Positions 47,297 to 55,783 of a DNA stretch of 64,000 bases are shown here, one piece after another. Position 1 is the first letter of the stretch; each line of letters starts with the position of its first letter. The stretch is from a virus (taxonomy: Duplodnaviria; Caudoviricetes), in the IMG/VR virus record IMGVR_UViG_3300031938_000001, positions 1 through 64,000 of that record. One strand, written 5' to 3'. A program made the translations under genes and the position numbers. Below the pieces are notes generated by a model. The model was not told where the DNA came from. It saw only the letters and a program-made list of their open reading frames with translations, and ran no database searches.

Positions 47297-48451
47297 CTAG
47301 TCGATGGGGTTCTTGGCAACTACCTTCACCGACGGGTTGCCGGTCTTGTAGCCGACCAGTGCCTTGATGCGGTCCTCGGTGTCGGTGTCGAACACCTCGG
47401 ACTTGAGCATCTTGTCCACGCTGGTCATGGTGACGCCACCGTACTTCGCCATGAGGTCCGGGCCGATGATGGCCGCGAGCGAGTGCGGGTCGGTCACGGT
47501 GCGGGTGCGCCGGGCGCCGATGTTCACCACGAACTCGTCATCCTCGTAGGTGTCCACGTCGTCGGCCTCGGCGGAGGCGAGGATGAACGAGTCGAGCTCT
47601 TCCATCACCTTCGCGAGCGCCTTTGAGCGCTGCTCCACCTCGGCGCGCTTCTTGGCCGCCAGCATTGGGTCGGCCAGCGACAGCACGCCACCGGCTTCGA
47701 CGTGCTCGGTCAGCGCCTTGCAGACCTGCTTGCGGATGCACCACTGGCAGTCGGGATTGATCTTCTCCGGCACGTCATCCTCTGGCGTGGCGATGATCTT
47801 CTCGGCGGCTGCCTTGATGTAGCGCCACGTCGCGAGGTTCTCCTCGCGGGTGAACACGATCCCCACCGGGTCGTAGCGCAGCAGGTCGAACGTCACCCAC
47901 ACGCGCGGGGCGTCGGGGTACTTGATCTGCGCCGCCACGGCATACGCACGAGCCTGAATGCGGTCCCGCAGCCCATCGGGCGCCAGCCGGGCGCGGATGC
48001 TCTTGTAGTCCACGACCTCGATTGAGCCATCCTCGTGCCGGTCGAGCCGGTCGAAGATGTAGTTGAAGATGATCTCACCAGCCGTGGTCTTGATGGCGAA
48101 GTTTTCCTTCGTCTCCAACTGGATGATGTCGCGCTCGGCGAGGTCGGCGGAGCGCAAGAACCAGTTCTCCATCATCCGCAGCCCGTCGTGGCGAAGGTCG
48201 TCGCGCGACGTGCCGAACATCTCCGTGAAGGCGTTGTTGAAGATGGTGAGCAGGAGTTCGAGGCTGGGCGTGTCTGCCTTGTCGATGTAGACGCGCTGGA
48301 CGTACTCCTGCAACGCGGTGTGACAGGTGGTGCCGAGGTCGGCCGCCCACCCGGACGGCATGGGGGTCTTGTGAAGCGTCTCGGCGGCATACCGCGCTGG
48401 GCAGGACTCCCACACCTGCAGGGCGGTGGCGGATAGTGACTTGGGGATCAC
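47297..48451 (-). CDS. Cas4/RecB-like PD-(D/E)XK exonuclease
   Basis: LS.T.LQ.WE.CP, G..CH.AL, FDRLD...VVDYKS, CQWC...C; start moved to GTG 48451. Confidence 0.85.
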   Translation of the reverse strand: MIPKSLSATALQVWESCPARYAAETLHKTPMPSGWAADLGTTCHTALQEYVQRVYIDKADTPSLELLLTIFNNAFTEMFGTSRDDLRHDGLRMMENWFLRSADLAERDIIQLETKENFAIKTTAGEIIFNYIFDRLDRHEDGSIEVVDYKSIRARLAPDGLRDRIQARAYAVAAQIKYPDAPRVWVTFDLLRYDPVGIVFTREENLATWRYIKAAAEKIIATPEDDVPEKINPDCQWCIRKQVCKALTEHVEAGGVLSLADPMLAAKKRAEVEQRSKALAKVMEELDSFILASAEADDVDTYEDDEFVVNIGARRTRTVTDPHSLAAIIGPDLMAKYGGVTMTSVDKMLKSEVFDTDTEDRIKALVGYKTGNPSVKVVAKNPID

Positions 48452-48489
48452 GTCGGGTCCAATCGGGTCGGGTCGTTCGGGGTTGGAGC

Positions 48490-48795
48490 CTATGCGGCGG
48501 GTCCGACATCGCTGGGCTGCTGCTGCCCGTCGATGGGGACTCGTCTCTTGCGGGGGACAATGCCGCCCCCCCACATGCCGTACTCACTGTCGGTGCGCTC
48601 TTGGTAGGAGCGGCACTCAAAGATTACGGGGCATGTGGCGCAGACATTCCGGCCGGGCTTGTGCGACTGGCCGCGCTCAGGAAAGAACCACTCGGGATCG
48701 ACTCCCGGCTTCCTGCACTCGGCCAGTCGCTGCCACGTGTCGTCCGATTCGAGAAAGAGGAATCGGGCGTGCGGAGCGTCTACGCCGGGGGAACT
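48490..48795 (-). CDS. whiB: WhiB-family Fe-S transcription factor domain without its own start codon; likely frameshift product
   Basis: Hand-translated: WQRLAEC-x24-CATCPVIFEC...YGMWGG; no ATG/GTG/TTG between in-frame stop 48973-48975 and the WGG Met. Confidence 0.85.
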   Translation of the reverse strand, partial: SSPGVDAPHARFLFLESDDTWQRLAECRKPGVDPEWFFPERGQSHKPGRNVCATCPVIFECRSYQERTDSEYGMWGGGIVPRKRRVPIDGQQQPSDVGPAA

Positions 48796-49106
48796 TTTCC
48801 CGAGCGTCCGGTGGGCGCCGCCTCGGAGGATGCAGCCTCGGCCTTGTCGCCCAGCCCGAGCGGGAGCACCATCTGGCCGGGGACCTGCTCGTCGTCGTCG
48901 GCCGGGGTGGTGATGCCCGCCTCGGGATTCTCCGTCAACGACGCCTCTGCGATGCTCTCGACGGTGGCGAGGTCAGCCGGCGAGGGCTCTGCCATCTCGA
49001 ACAGGGCGTCAGGGTTGGTGGGTCGGGGGCTGAAGTCGGTGACGCCGTGGGGAACGACGTTGCCGTCGAAGAAGGTGACGGGGTGAACCGTCCGAACTTC
49101 GGTCAT
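48780..49106 (-). CDS. Acidic, probably disordered protein carrying QMVLPL and ending at slippery G GGA AAA
   Basis: AAAGG RBS; heptamer at 48795-48801. Confidence 0.8.
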   Translation of the reverse strand: MTEVRTVHPVTFFDGNVVPHGVTDFSPRPTNPDALFEMAEPSPADLATVESIAEASLTENPEAGITTPADDDEQVPGQMVLPLGLGDKAEAASSEAAPTGRSGKVPPA

Positions 49107-49169
49107 GTGAACTATGCCTTTCGGTTAGAGGTGCCGCTCAGGCCGATCATAGCCTCGAGTTGGTCTTAA

Positions 49170-49874
49170 TCAAACGAACAGGGTATCCATCTCCAGCCGG
49201 TTTCGGCTGTGTCGAACATGGTCGGCGTCCAACTCGATGCCGATAGAGTTGAGGCCCAACTGCTGAGCCGCCTTGGAGGAACTGCCAGACCCGCTGAACG
49301 GGTCCACGACGAGATCGCCGGGGTTGGTGCTGATCTTGAGGAGCTCTTCGAGGAGCGGGACGGGCTTCTCAGTCGGGTGGATGATCTTCGAAGGGGGAAC
49401 CTTCTCGTAGTTGAGCACTCCCGAGCGCCGGTATGGCACCTTGCGCAGGCCCTTCTTGGCGTAGAGGATCAACTCGTGGCCGCAGCCCCAGTTGGAGTCG
49501 ATGTCCCCGGTGCCGGGCTCCATCTTGTTCCAGATGAGCATCATCTTGTACTTGAACCCATGCCGGGACAGCGAGCGCACGGCGTCGATCCAGTCGCCCA
49601 CGATGTCCCAGCGGGTGAACACGTACAGTTCCGCCTCGTCAGCGCACTTGGGCAGCACCACGTCCATCACGTCTTGGAACAGCCCGAGCGCCCCGGTGAG
49701 GTCGAGGTCGTTCGCCACGTCCTTGACCCAGCGCAGACCCTCGGGGGTGGTCGCGTGCCGCGAGCGGTAGTTGACCCCGTACGGCGGGTCGGTCAGGACG
49801 CACTTGATCTCACCCTCGATGTTGTGGCCCAACTCGAGGCTGTCTCCGTGCCAGATTTCGTTGGTCGTCATCAT
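49170..49874 (-). CDS. DNA N6-adenine/N4-cytosine methyltransferase (beta class)
   Basis: LTDPPYG, HPTEKP, DPFSGSGS; start ATG 49874. Confidence 0.9.
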   Translation of the reverse strand: MMTTNEIWHGDSLELGHNIEGEIKCVLTDPPYGVNYRSRHATTPEGLRWVKDVANDLDLTGALGLFQDVMDVVLPKCADEAELYVFTRWDIVGDWIDAVRSLSRHGFKYKMMLIWNKMEPGTGDIDSNWGCGHELILYAKKGLRKVPYRRSGVLNYEKVPPSKIIHPTEKPVPLLEELLKISTNPGDLVVDPFSGSGSSSKAAQQLGLNSIGIELDADHVRHSRNRLEMDTLFV

Positions 49875-50203
49875 CTTCCTCCGAGGGTCGGATAGTCGGC
49901 AAAGTCGGGCGGAGAGCACTCATGACTGTGTATCTCGGAACACTCGGGGCACACGAAGGTCATGCTCGGCTTCGCACCCACGAGGGTGATGCTGGCAGGC
50001 ATGATCTCGAGGTGAAGGGTCGCCCAGCCCGTTGCCTCGATACTGAGGTTCAGGGCGTGGATGTTGTGGACGATCTCGCCATTGGAGTCATACACGCGAG
50101 TGCCGTGCGTGGTGCCGTCGGTGAACACCCGCCAGTCGCCACGGGCGTTGGCGGTGTCCATGGACGACTCGGGGGCGTCGGGGATCGGGTCGGCGATGTC
50201 CAT
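49871..50203 (-). CDS. Hypothetical protein with C-terminal CPEC
   Basis: TGATG coupling at 50203. Confidence 0.65.
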   Translation of the reverse strand: MDIADPIPDAPESSMDTANARGDWRVFTDGTTHGTRVYDSNGEIVHNIHALNLSIEATGWATLHLEIMPASITLVGAKPSMTFVCPECSEIHSHECSPPDFADYPTLGGR

Positions 50204-50715
50204 CAGAAAAGCCCCTCCGTTCGAGTGAAGAACGGCTCGTCGCTGGTCTCCGGGGTCGGGTCGAGCAGCCCGGCAAGGTCGATCACCGGGGGCGCCCCAG
50301 CGGGCCGGATCGTGATGGCGATCATCGGCTCCACGTCCCGCCCCTGCTCCATGATCCACGACTCGACGTGGGCCACGTCGCGGTCATTGGCGAACAGGCT
50401 GCCCTGCAGCGCATCCTCCAGCGCCTTCTGGAGGTTGGTCGCGTCGGCGTGGTGCTTGCGAGCGCGCACCTCGTCGTCGGTGGTGTAGTCGGGCAACTGC
50501 CTCCAGAAGTAGAACCGGAGGTCGATGCGGCCTTCATACTTCCCGTTGATCGGTTCAGAGACAAGCTCCTTGACCGCCTGCTGGTAGGCGCGGAGTGCCT
50601 CGTTCTTGTAGACCATCGGGAAGGGCTTGCCGCCCCGCCGACCAACCGAGACGTTGGGTGCCGTCCAAGGTTCGGGGTTGATCGGCAGGGCGAGCGTGGT
50701 CACGTCGTGGTTCAT
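50203..50715 (-). CDS. rusA: RusA-like Holliday junction resolvase
   Basis: DATNLQKALEDALQG...NDRDV; start ATG 50715. Confidence 0.85.
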   Translation of the reverse strand: MNHDVTTLALPINPEPWTAPNVSVGRRGGKPFPMVYKNEALRAYQQAVKELVSEPINGKYEGRIDLRFYFWRQLPDYTTDDEVRARKHHADATNLQKALEDALQGSLFANDRDVAHVESWIMEQGRDVEPMIAITIRPAGAPPVIDLAGLLDPTPETSDEPFFTRTEGLF

Positions 50716-51098
50716 GCCGCTGCCGCCTCTGCGGCGTTGAGCAGCCCGAGCATCTCGACGTGGGTCATGCGGGCGAGCACGTCGGCGTCGTCCGGCTCGT
50801 TGGGGTAGACAAGGTAAACGTCCAAGTCGAGCGCGATGGCGATCCGCAACTCGAGCCGGGCGCCACGCGACTGCTCCCACTCGGGGAGCAGCGCGATACT
50901 CGTGCACTTGACCAACTGCTTGATGCCTTCGCGCATGTAGTAGTCCCACGCGAGGGTGGTGTCGCCGCCGTTGTCGGCAGGGTTCTCTACGAGCCACCCC
51001 ATGCCGAGAAGCCGCGCGGCGGTGAGGTTGAAGAGGGGGAAATTGAACTCCGGCCGCCCGGTCATCGGGCCAGCCACGTAGACGATGCCGGGGATCAC
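50712..51098 (-). CDS. DUF4406 / nucleoside 2-deoxyribosyltransferase-like protein
   Basis: YVAGPMTG...NF..F, NPA, LPEWEQSRGARLE. Confidence 0.85.
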   Translation of the reverse strand: MIPGIVYVAGPMTGRPEFNFPLFNLTAARLLGMGWLVENPADNGGDTTLAWDYYMREGIKQLVKCTSIALLPEWEQSRGARLELRIAIALDLDVYLVYPNEPDDADVLARMTHVEMLGLLNAAEAAAA

Positions 51099-51156
51099 TT
51101 CTTCGCCTCCCTGCAAGGGCAGTTCTCGCCAGAGCACTTGTCGATCCTCACGTCGC

Positions 51157-52326
51157 TCACTCCGCCACCGGACCCACGTCGGTCTTGCGACGGGGCATGA
51201 GCCACGACTCGAACCCGAGCCCGTCCCACACCTTCACCGGCACGCCGTTGCGGTCGGTGCGGTAGCCGAGGCTCACGGTGTCGGTGCGCGGCTGGTCGAG
51301 GCAGTCGGTGATGGTGGTCGGCGTGAAGTGGATGACGAACTCCTCGGGGGCGCCCTCCTCCTCGATGGCGGGGTGGGCAACCGTCTCGGTGGAGATGTCC
51401 ACCTCGTCGGTCATGGTGCCCACCGAGGGGACGGTCATCTCGAGGTAGATCGTGTCGGGCGTGAAGGTGCACGTCACGATGGGGTAGCGCTCGCCCTTGG
51501 CGATGAGCCCGGTCATGCGGGTGAGCGCCTCGCGGAGCCGGATGCGCGGGGCGGTGACGACCCGGTTGAAGATCGTCGCGTCCATGATCTTCTCGATGTT
51601 GGGGTAGCCCATGTCGTAGATGATGGCCCTCATCTGCGTGTACTCGTCCGGCATGATGAGGACGTAGTTCGGGTTGGCCCCGAGGCGCACGTCCTCGACG
51701 CTCTTGAGGATCGGGCCGAGGGTGTCCATCGGCACGGTCACGGGGGCTTCCAGCGCCGCGTCGCACGGGGTCCGCACGAGCCGGTACTTGTCGGTGGCGA
51801 AGATGTGCGTGCCGGTGAGGTGGATGCCGCTGAACGGCACGGCATCCTTGTCGCAGGCCCACGCCGCCTGTGCCACGCGAGCCGGGAAGTCCTTCACGTC
51901 GTGCAGGGCGTCCGGGTCGAACGGCTCCCACCGCTTGTAGGAGTCGGCCTTCATGACATTGATCGACGCCTTGGCCTTGCCGCTGCGGAGCATGATGTTG
52001 CCACCGTGGTCCTCGCGGGTGATCGTGACGGTCTTGCCGCTGCCGATGGGCATCCCGGCGCAGAACCCAGCAAAGATGCTCGACGGCAGGCGCCAGTCGA
52101 AGTCCTCGTCGCTGTGGATCTCGAGCGGCTGAACCCACTCGAGGTAGTCCACCTCGAGGTTGGTCGCCTTGATGGTGATCTGGCGGCCCGGCTCGGCGAA
52201 CGGGCGACCCTCGATGAGGATGCCCGCCGCCTTGTCGAACGCCATGCCCTTGCTCGGGGCAACGCGAGCCGCCTTGCCGACCGCCGACGCGAGGCCGGCT
52301 GTCTCGAACGTGACTGAGATGGTCAT
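51157..52326 (-). CDS. dnaN: DNA polymerase III beta sliding clamp homolog
   Basis: 389 aa; ATNLE, ATDKYRL, YPNIEKI motifs of beta clamp. Confidence 0.85.
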   Translation of the reverse strand: MTISVTFETAGLASAVGKAARVAPSKGMAFDKAAGILIEGRPFAEPGRQITIKATNLEVDYLEWVQPLEIHSDEDFDWRLPSSIFAGFCAGMPIGSGKTVTITREDHGGNIMLRSGKAKASINVMKADSYKRWEPFDPDALHDVKDFPARVAQAAWACDKDAVPFSGIHLTGTHIFATDKYRLVRTPCDAALEAPVTVPMDTLGPILKSVEDVRLGANPNYVLIMPDEYTQMRAIIYDMGYPNIEKIMDATIFNRVVTAPRIRLREALTRMTGLIAKGERYPIVTCTFTPDTIYLEMTVPSVGTMTDEVDISTETVAHPAIEEEGAPEEFVIHFTPTTITDCLDQPRTDTVSLGYRTDRNGVPVKVWDGLGFESWLMPRRKTDVGPVAE

Positions 52327-52341
52327 GTGTTTCCTGTCGGG

Positions 52342-52929
52342 TCAGTGCTTGATGAAGTGCTTGCGGTAGTGCGCCAACTCGTCCAACGACTCGCGCAGGT
52401 CGGGGATGGCGCGGTGCTTCTCGTACTTGAGGGGCGCCTTGTCGAACGCCTTCTTGTTCCACCGCCGACAGAGCTCCTTGACGGTGCTCACGTTGACCTC
52501 GCGGTAGTGGAACCTGTCGTGCAGGTCAGGCATGTGGGCGGCCAGCCACGAGCGGTCGAAGGTGACGCTTGACCCGCACATCGGGGGTCGCGCGCTGCCG
52601 AGCGTCCTGCCCCACCAGTCCAGCAGGTGAGCCTGCGCGTCGCCGAGGTCGGGCAGGCGCCCCATGGCGGCGGCGTCGATCTGCTCGACCCACAGGCCCG
52701 AGCGGTCGTGCATGTCTCGCACGTACGGGTCGGACTCGGCGCGCACGGCCATGATGGTGTTCACGCCGCCGATACCGACCAGCGTGGAGGTCCACGCCAG
52801 CGGGTTGAGGCGGGCGTCGGTGACCATGAGCCCAACCTCCATGAGGTACTCGCGGCTGGGGTCGAGGCCGGTCGTCTCCACGTCCACCCACGTCATCGCG
52901 TCGGGGTCGGTGATGAGGTGGTCACCCAT
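52342..52929 (-). CDS. orn: Oligoribonuclease-like DEDDh exonuclease
   Basis: WVDVETTGLDP, CGSSV.FDR..L, FHYR..VSTVKEL.RRW, HRA..D..ES..EL.HYR. Confidence 0.88.
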   Translation of the reverse strand: MGDHLITDPDAMTWVDVETTGLDPSREYLMEVGLMVTDARLNPLAWTSTLVGIGGVNTIMAVRAESDPYVRDMHDRSGLWVEQIDAAAMGRLPDLGDAQAHLLDWWGRTLGSARPPMCGSSVTFDRSWLAAHMPDLHDRFHYREVNVSTVKELCRRWNKKAFDKAPLKYEKHRAIPDLRESLDELAHYRKHFIKH

Positions 52930-53194
52930 GGGAACCCACCGTCATCGGCACGATGGTGGCGGCGACCTGAACGGTGCCCTCGAGCGTTGCCATCTCGATG
53001 AACGCGGCGAGGTCCGACTTCACGGCCTCCTGCTCGGACTTGCGCATCTCCTTGTCCGTCGCGCCGTCCGGATACATCCCCTCGCGGATGTCGAAGGAGG
53101 CGGTTGCCACGAGCACGACCGACATCTTACGGTAAGGCTCGGCGATGGCAAGGATGCGAGTGCTTTCCCGTTCTGGTGAGGCGTCGATGGACAT
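52922..53194 (-). CDS. Hypothetical protein
   Basis: Operon packing. Confidence 0.6.
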   Translation of the reverse strand: MSIDASPERESTRILAIAEPYRKMSVVLVATASFDIREGMYPDGATDKEMRKSEQEAVKSDLAAFIEMATLEGTVQVAATIVPMTVGSHG

Positions 53195-53294
53195 AGGGGT
53201 GCGGCCCTGCTTTCTGTATTAGCGATTGCTGGGGAGTGTTGTGCCGGTGGTGCTGCGTACTACAGGGGTCTTACTCGGTACTGCGGATGGTGCC

Positions 53295-53486
53295 TTATCC
53301 GTGCCGCTGCTTGGCGAACCGCATAACCTCCGACTTGCGGATGCGCCATGAGCGGTTGATCTTTACGGCGCTGATCTTGCCGGTCTCAATCCAGTCACGC
53401 ACCGTCTCCGGCTTCACGTCGAAGAGGGCTGCTACGCGGGTCGTGGACAGGAGCGGGTCGATGTCAGCGACGTGGTTCTCGGTCAT
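53295..53486 (-). CDS. Excisionase/MerR-like helix-turn-helix (HTH_17) protein
   Basis: LLSTTRVAALFDVKPETVRDWIETGKISAVKINRSWRI. Confidence 0.85.
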   Translation of the reverse strand: MTENHVADIDPLLSTTRVAALFDVKPETVRDWIETGKISAVKINRSWRIRKSEVMRFAKQRHG

Positions 53487-53494
53487 GGCCGTCG

Positions 53495-53695
53495 TCACGA
53501 TGAGATCACGCCCCACACGAAGTGCACGAACAGCGCGAGCAGTCCGAACACCACGGTGAGAGCGACGATGATGGCGACCGTCCCGATGACTCGGGTCATG
53601 AGGTCGGGCTTCACTGAGGGCCTGACCTCGTTGATTTCGCGCACCTGTGAGGACCAGTCCTCGCGGGCGTTGGGGTTGCGCGGCGGGTTTGACAT
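53495..53695 (-). CDS. Small membrane protein
   Basis: AAAGG RBS; C-terminal hydrophobic helix. Confidence 0.65.
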   Translation of the reverse strand: MSNPPRNPNAREDWSSQVREINEVRPSVKPDLMTRVIGTVAIIVALTVVFGLLALFVHFVWGVISS

Positions 53696-53704
53696 TTCTG
53701 CCTT

Positions 53705-55186
53705 TCAGTCTTCGTCTCGGAGAGCCGTATACAACTTACGGCGGAAGTTTCCATCCTCAACAACGTCATTGAAGATACGGCGCTTGCGCTTGAGGATCTG
53801 CTCGACGCGGTGCTCGACCGTGCCCTCGCAGATATACTCCCGGTATTGCACCGGCTGAGTCTTGTCCGCTCCGATCCGGTGGATGCGGTCCTCGGACTGC
53901 TCGTTCAACTTGGGGACGAACAACTTGTCCACTATGAGCATGTGGCGGGCCGCCGTCATGGTGAGGCCGACGCCAGCGACCTGATGCATGGCGACCATCA
54001 CGGCGGGGCCGGGGTGGTCGGTCCACGCAGTCACAATCGGCTTGCGGCGTTCCTTGGGCACGTCACCGTGCAGCGACCAGTATGGCGCCAGCCCGCCGGG
54101 GCGGTGGTTCTCGATGCGCTCCTCGATGGCGTGCAGGACGCCACGGAACTGCGTGAACACCACGACCTTCTGGCCGCTGTCGATCAGTTCCTCGAGGTCG
54201 TCCATCACGCGGTCCAACTTGTAGGACTTGTCTGCGTAGCCCTCGATGGTCGCCGTCGTCCCGCAGATCTGCTTGAGACGGAGGAACATGGTGAGCGCGT
54301 TCTGGATGTCCTCGCCAGTCGCCTCTACCGGGTCAGGGAGGTAGAGCTCTTCCTTCACCGCGTCGTAGAGGCTCTGCTGCTCGGGGTGCAGCGGCACCTT
54401 GATGACGATGTGCTGCTTGTCGGGCAGGTCGAGCACGTCGGCCTTGAGGCGCCGGATCATCAACCTGTTGAGGCGCTCGGTGAGTTCCTTCTCATTCTTG
54501 ACGCCGACGATCTGCTTGTCCTTGAACCCGCCGAAGACGCAGTAGCGGTTCTGGAAGACGTAGTAGTTGGGGTACTCCTCGGGCTTGACCCGGTGCAGCA
54601 GCGACCATAACTCGTTGACGTGGTTGAGCATCGGCGAGCCGGTCAGCGGGAGGTGGCGCTTCGCTAGAATCTTGTGGCACGCCTTGGTCCGCTTCGACCG
54701 AGGGTTCTTCATGAGGTGGGCCTCGTCGTAGATCGCCACGTCGAACTCGAGGGCGTTGAAGTCGTTGACGTACTTGTCCACCTGCTCGTAGTTGACCACG
54801 AGGATCTTCGGGTCGTCCCAACGAGTGAACTCCTCGAGTTGGGACGCCCGGCCGGCCGGGGTGTGGTCGCGCCACTGGCCTTCGTCGTTGAGGTACTGGC
54901 CGAGCACCATCACGTTGCGGAACAGCGTGTGCTCCATGATCTCGTCATACCAGTTGCCCTTGAGCGTGGCCGGTGCGACGACCAGCAGGCGGCTCGCCCA
55001 CTTCGCCTCCACGTCCACGGCGAACACGGTCAGGGCCTCGACTGACTTGCCGAGCCCCATCTCGTCGGCGATGATCGCCGATCCCATGCGGGCGACTTCG
55101 CGCACGCCATCGACCTGATGGGGGTAGTAGTTGAGCGTGTCGGGAATCCACGTCAGGGACTTGCGCGCTGCTGGGGCAATGGTCAT
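53705..55186 (-). CDS. SNF2-family helicase
   Basis: ADEMGLGKS, DEAH, LTGSP, GVGLT, QSEDRIHRIG; start ATG 55186. Confidence 0.92.
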   Translation of the reverse strand: MTIAPAARKSLTWIPDTLNYYPHQVDGVREVARMGSAIIADEMGLGKSVEALTVFAVDVEAKWASRLLVVAPATLKGNWYDEIMEHTLFRNVMVLGQYLNDEGQWRDHTPAGRASQLEEFTRWDDPKILVVNYEQVDKYVNDFNALEFDVAIYDEAHLMKNPRSKRTKACHKILAKRHLPLTGSPMLNHVNELWSLLHRVKPEEYPNYYVFQNRYCVFGGFKDKQIVGVKNEKELTERLNRLMIRRLKADVLDLPDKQHIVIKVPLHPEQQSLYDAVKEELYLPDPVEATGEDIQNALTMFLRLKQICGTTATIEGYADKSYKLDRVMDDLEELIDSGQKVVVFTQFRGVLHAIEERIENHRPGGLAPYWSLHGDVPKERRKPIVTAWTDHPGPAVMVAMHQVAGVGLTMTAARHMLIVDKLFVPKLNEQSEDRIHRIGADKTQPVQYREYICEGTVEHRVEQILKRKRRIFNDVVEDGNFRRKLYTALRDED

Positions 55187-55392
55187 GAGCGCGTCACCGC
55201 CGTCTTTTCGACCTTGGCGGCGATGTCGAACGGCGGGGCTTCCATCCCCGCTTCGAGGAACAGCATCTTGGCCTCCTCGTACTTGGAGGCCGCCGAGGTG
55301 CGGATGGTCTCCGCTTGACGCTCGCGCTCTGTCGCCTCGGCGAGCGAACCCATGGCGCTCGCCATCAGCGAGTATGCCTTCTGGAGAGACAT
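55183..55392 (-). CDS. Small coiled-coil protein
   Basis: ACGGAG RBS. Confidence 0.7.
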   Translation of the reverse strand: MSLQKAYSLMASAMGSLAEATERERQAETIRTSAASKYEEAKMLFLEAGMEAPPFDIAAKVEKTAVTRS

Positions 55393-55449
55393 TTGGTGCT
55401 CCGTTGTGTTTGCCGGTGTCGGGCCGGGTTTGGCGGGGTTTACGTCGGT

Positions 55450-55458
55450 AACGTAGCA
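55450..55458 (-). promoter_or_regulatory. Putative extended -10 TGc-TACGTT
   Basis: TGn-TANNNT about 58 bp upstream of 55392. Confidence 0.45.
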
Positions 55459-55460
55459 CA

Positions 55461-55491
55461 GCCGGGGCGGGGTTTGGCACCCCGCCCCGGC
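55461..55491. terminator. 13-bp hairpin
   Basis: GCCGGGGCGGGGT / ACCCCGCCCCGGC. Confidence 0.6.
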
Positions 55492-55532
55492 GTGTCGCAT
55501 GAATGTTGTTACAGCCGTGTGATTTGTCCGAA

Positions 55533-55548
55533 TCGAACGGGCGTTCGA
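55533..55548. promoter_or_regulatory. Actinobacterial LexA (SOS) box TCGAAC-GGGC-GTTCGA
   Basis: Perfect match to mycobacterial consensus TCGAAC-N4-GTTCGA; intergenic. Confidence 0.7.
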
Positions 55549-55609
55549 TCGGGTCCGTCGGGCTTTGGCCTCGAGCGCATCCGGGCCATGGACATGATTC
55601 CGACTCTAC

Positions 55610-55783
55610 TCAGGTTTCGAGTTCGGTGTCCTCGATCTCGCCCAGCCAAGACAGAACCGGATCATGGGTGACCCCATGGAGGCGCTCGTACGCCTCGTTG
55701 CTCAGCCCGGTCGCGTCGGACGGGTCAATGTTCTCGTTGTCGTCAGGATCGCCGACCTCCACGCGGATGATCAGTGTCGCCAT
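55610..55783 (-). CDS. Small acidic protein, 57 aa (MATLIIRVEV...)
   Basis: GGGAGG RBS; hand-translated. Confidence 0.65.
   Translation of the reverse strand: MATLIIRVEVGDPDDNENIDPSDATGLSNEAYERLHGVTHDPVLSWLGEIEDTELET

Noticed and set aside
47297-48451. Cas4 as part of a CRISPR-Cas system
   Set aside because: Solo PD-(D/E)XK nuclease, common in phage recombination arms; no cas1/cas2
48728-48730. CTG in WQR-L-AEC as an independent WhiB start
   Set aside because: No SD upstream and it would remove the conserved Trp
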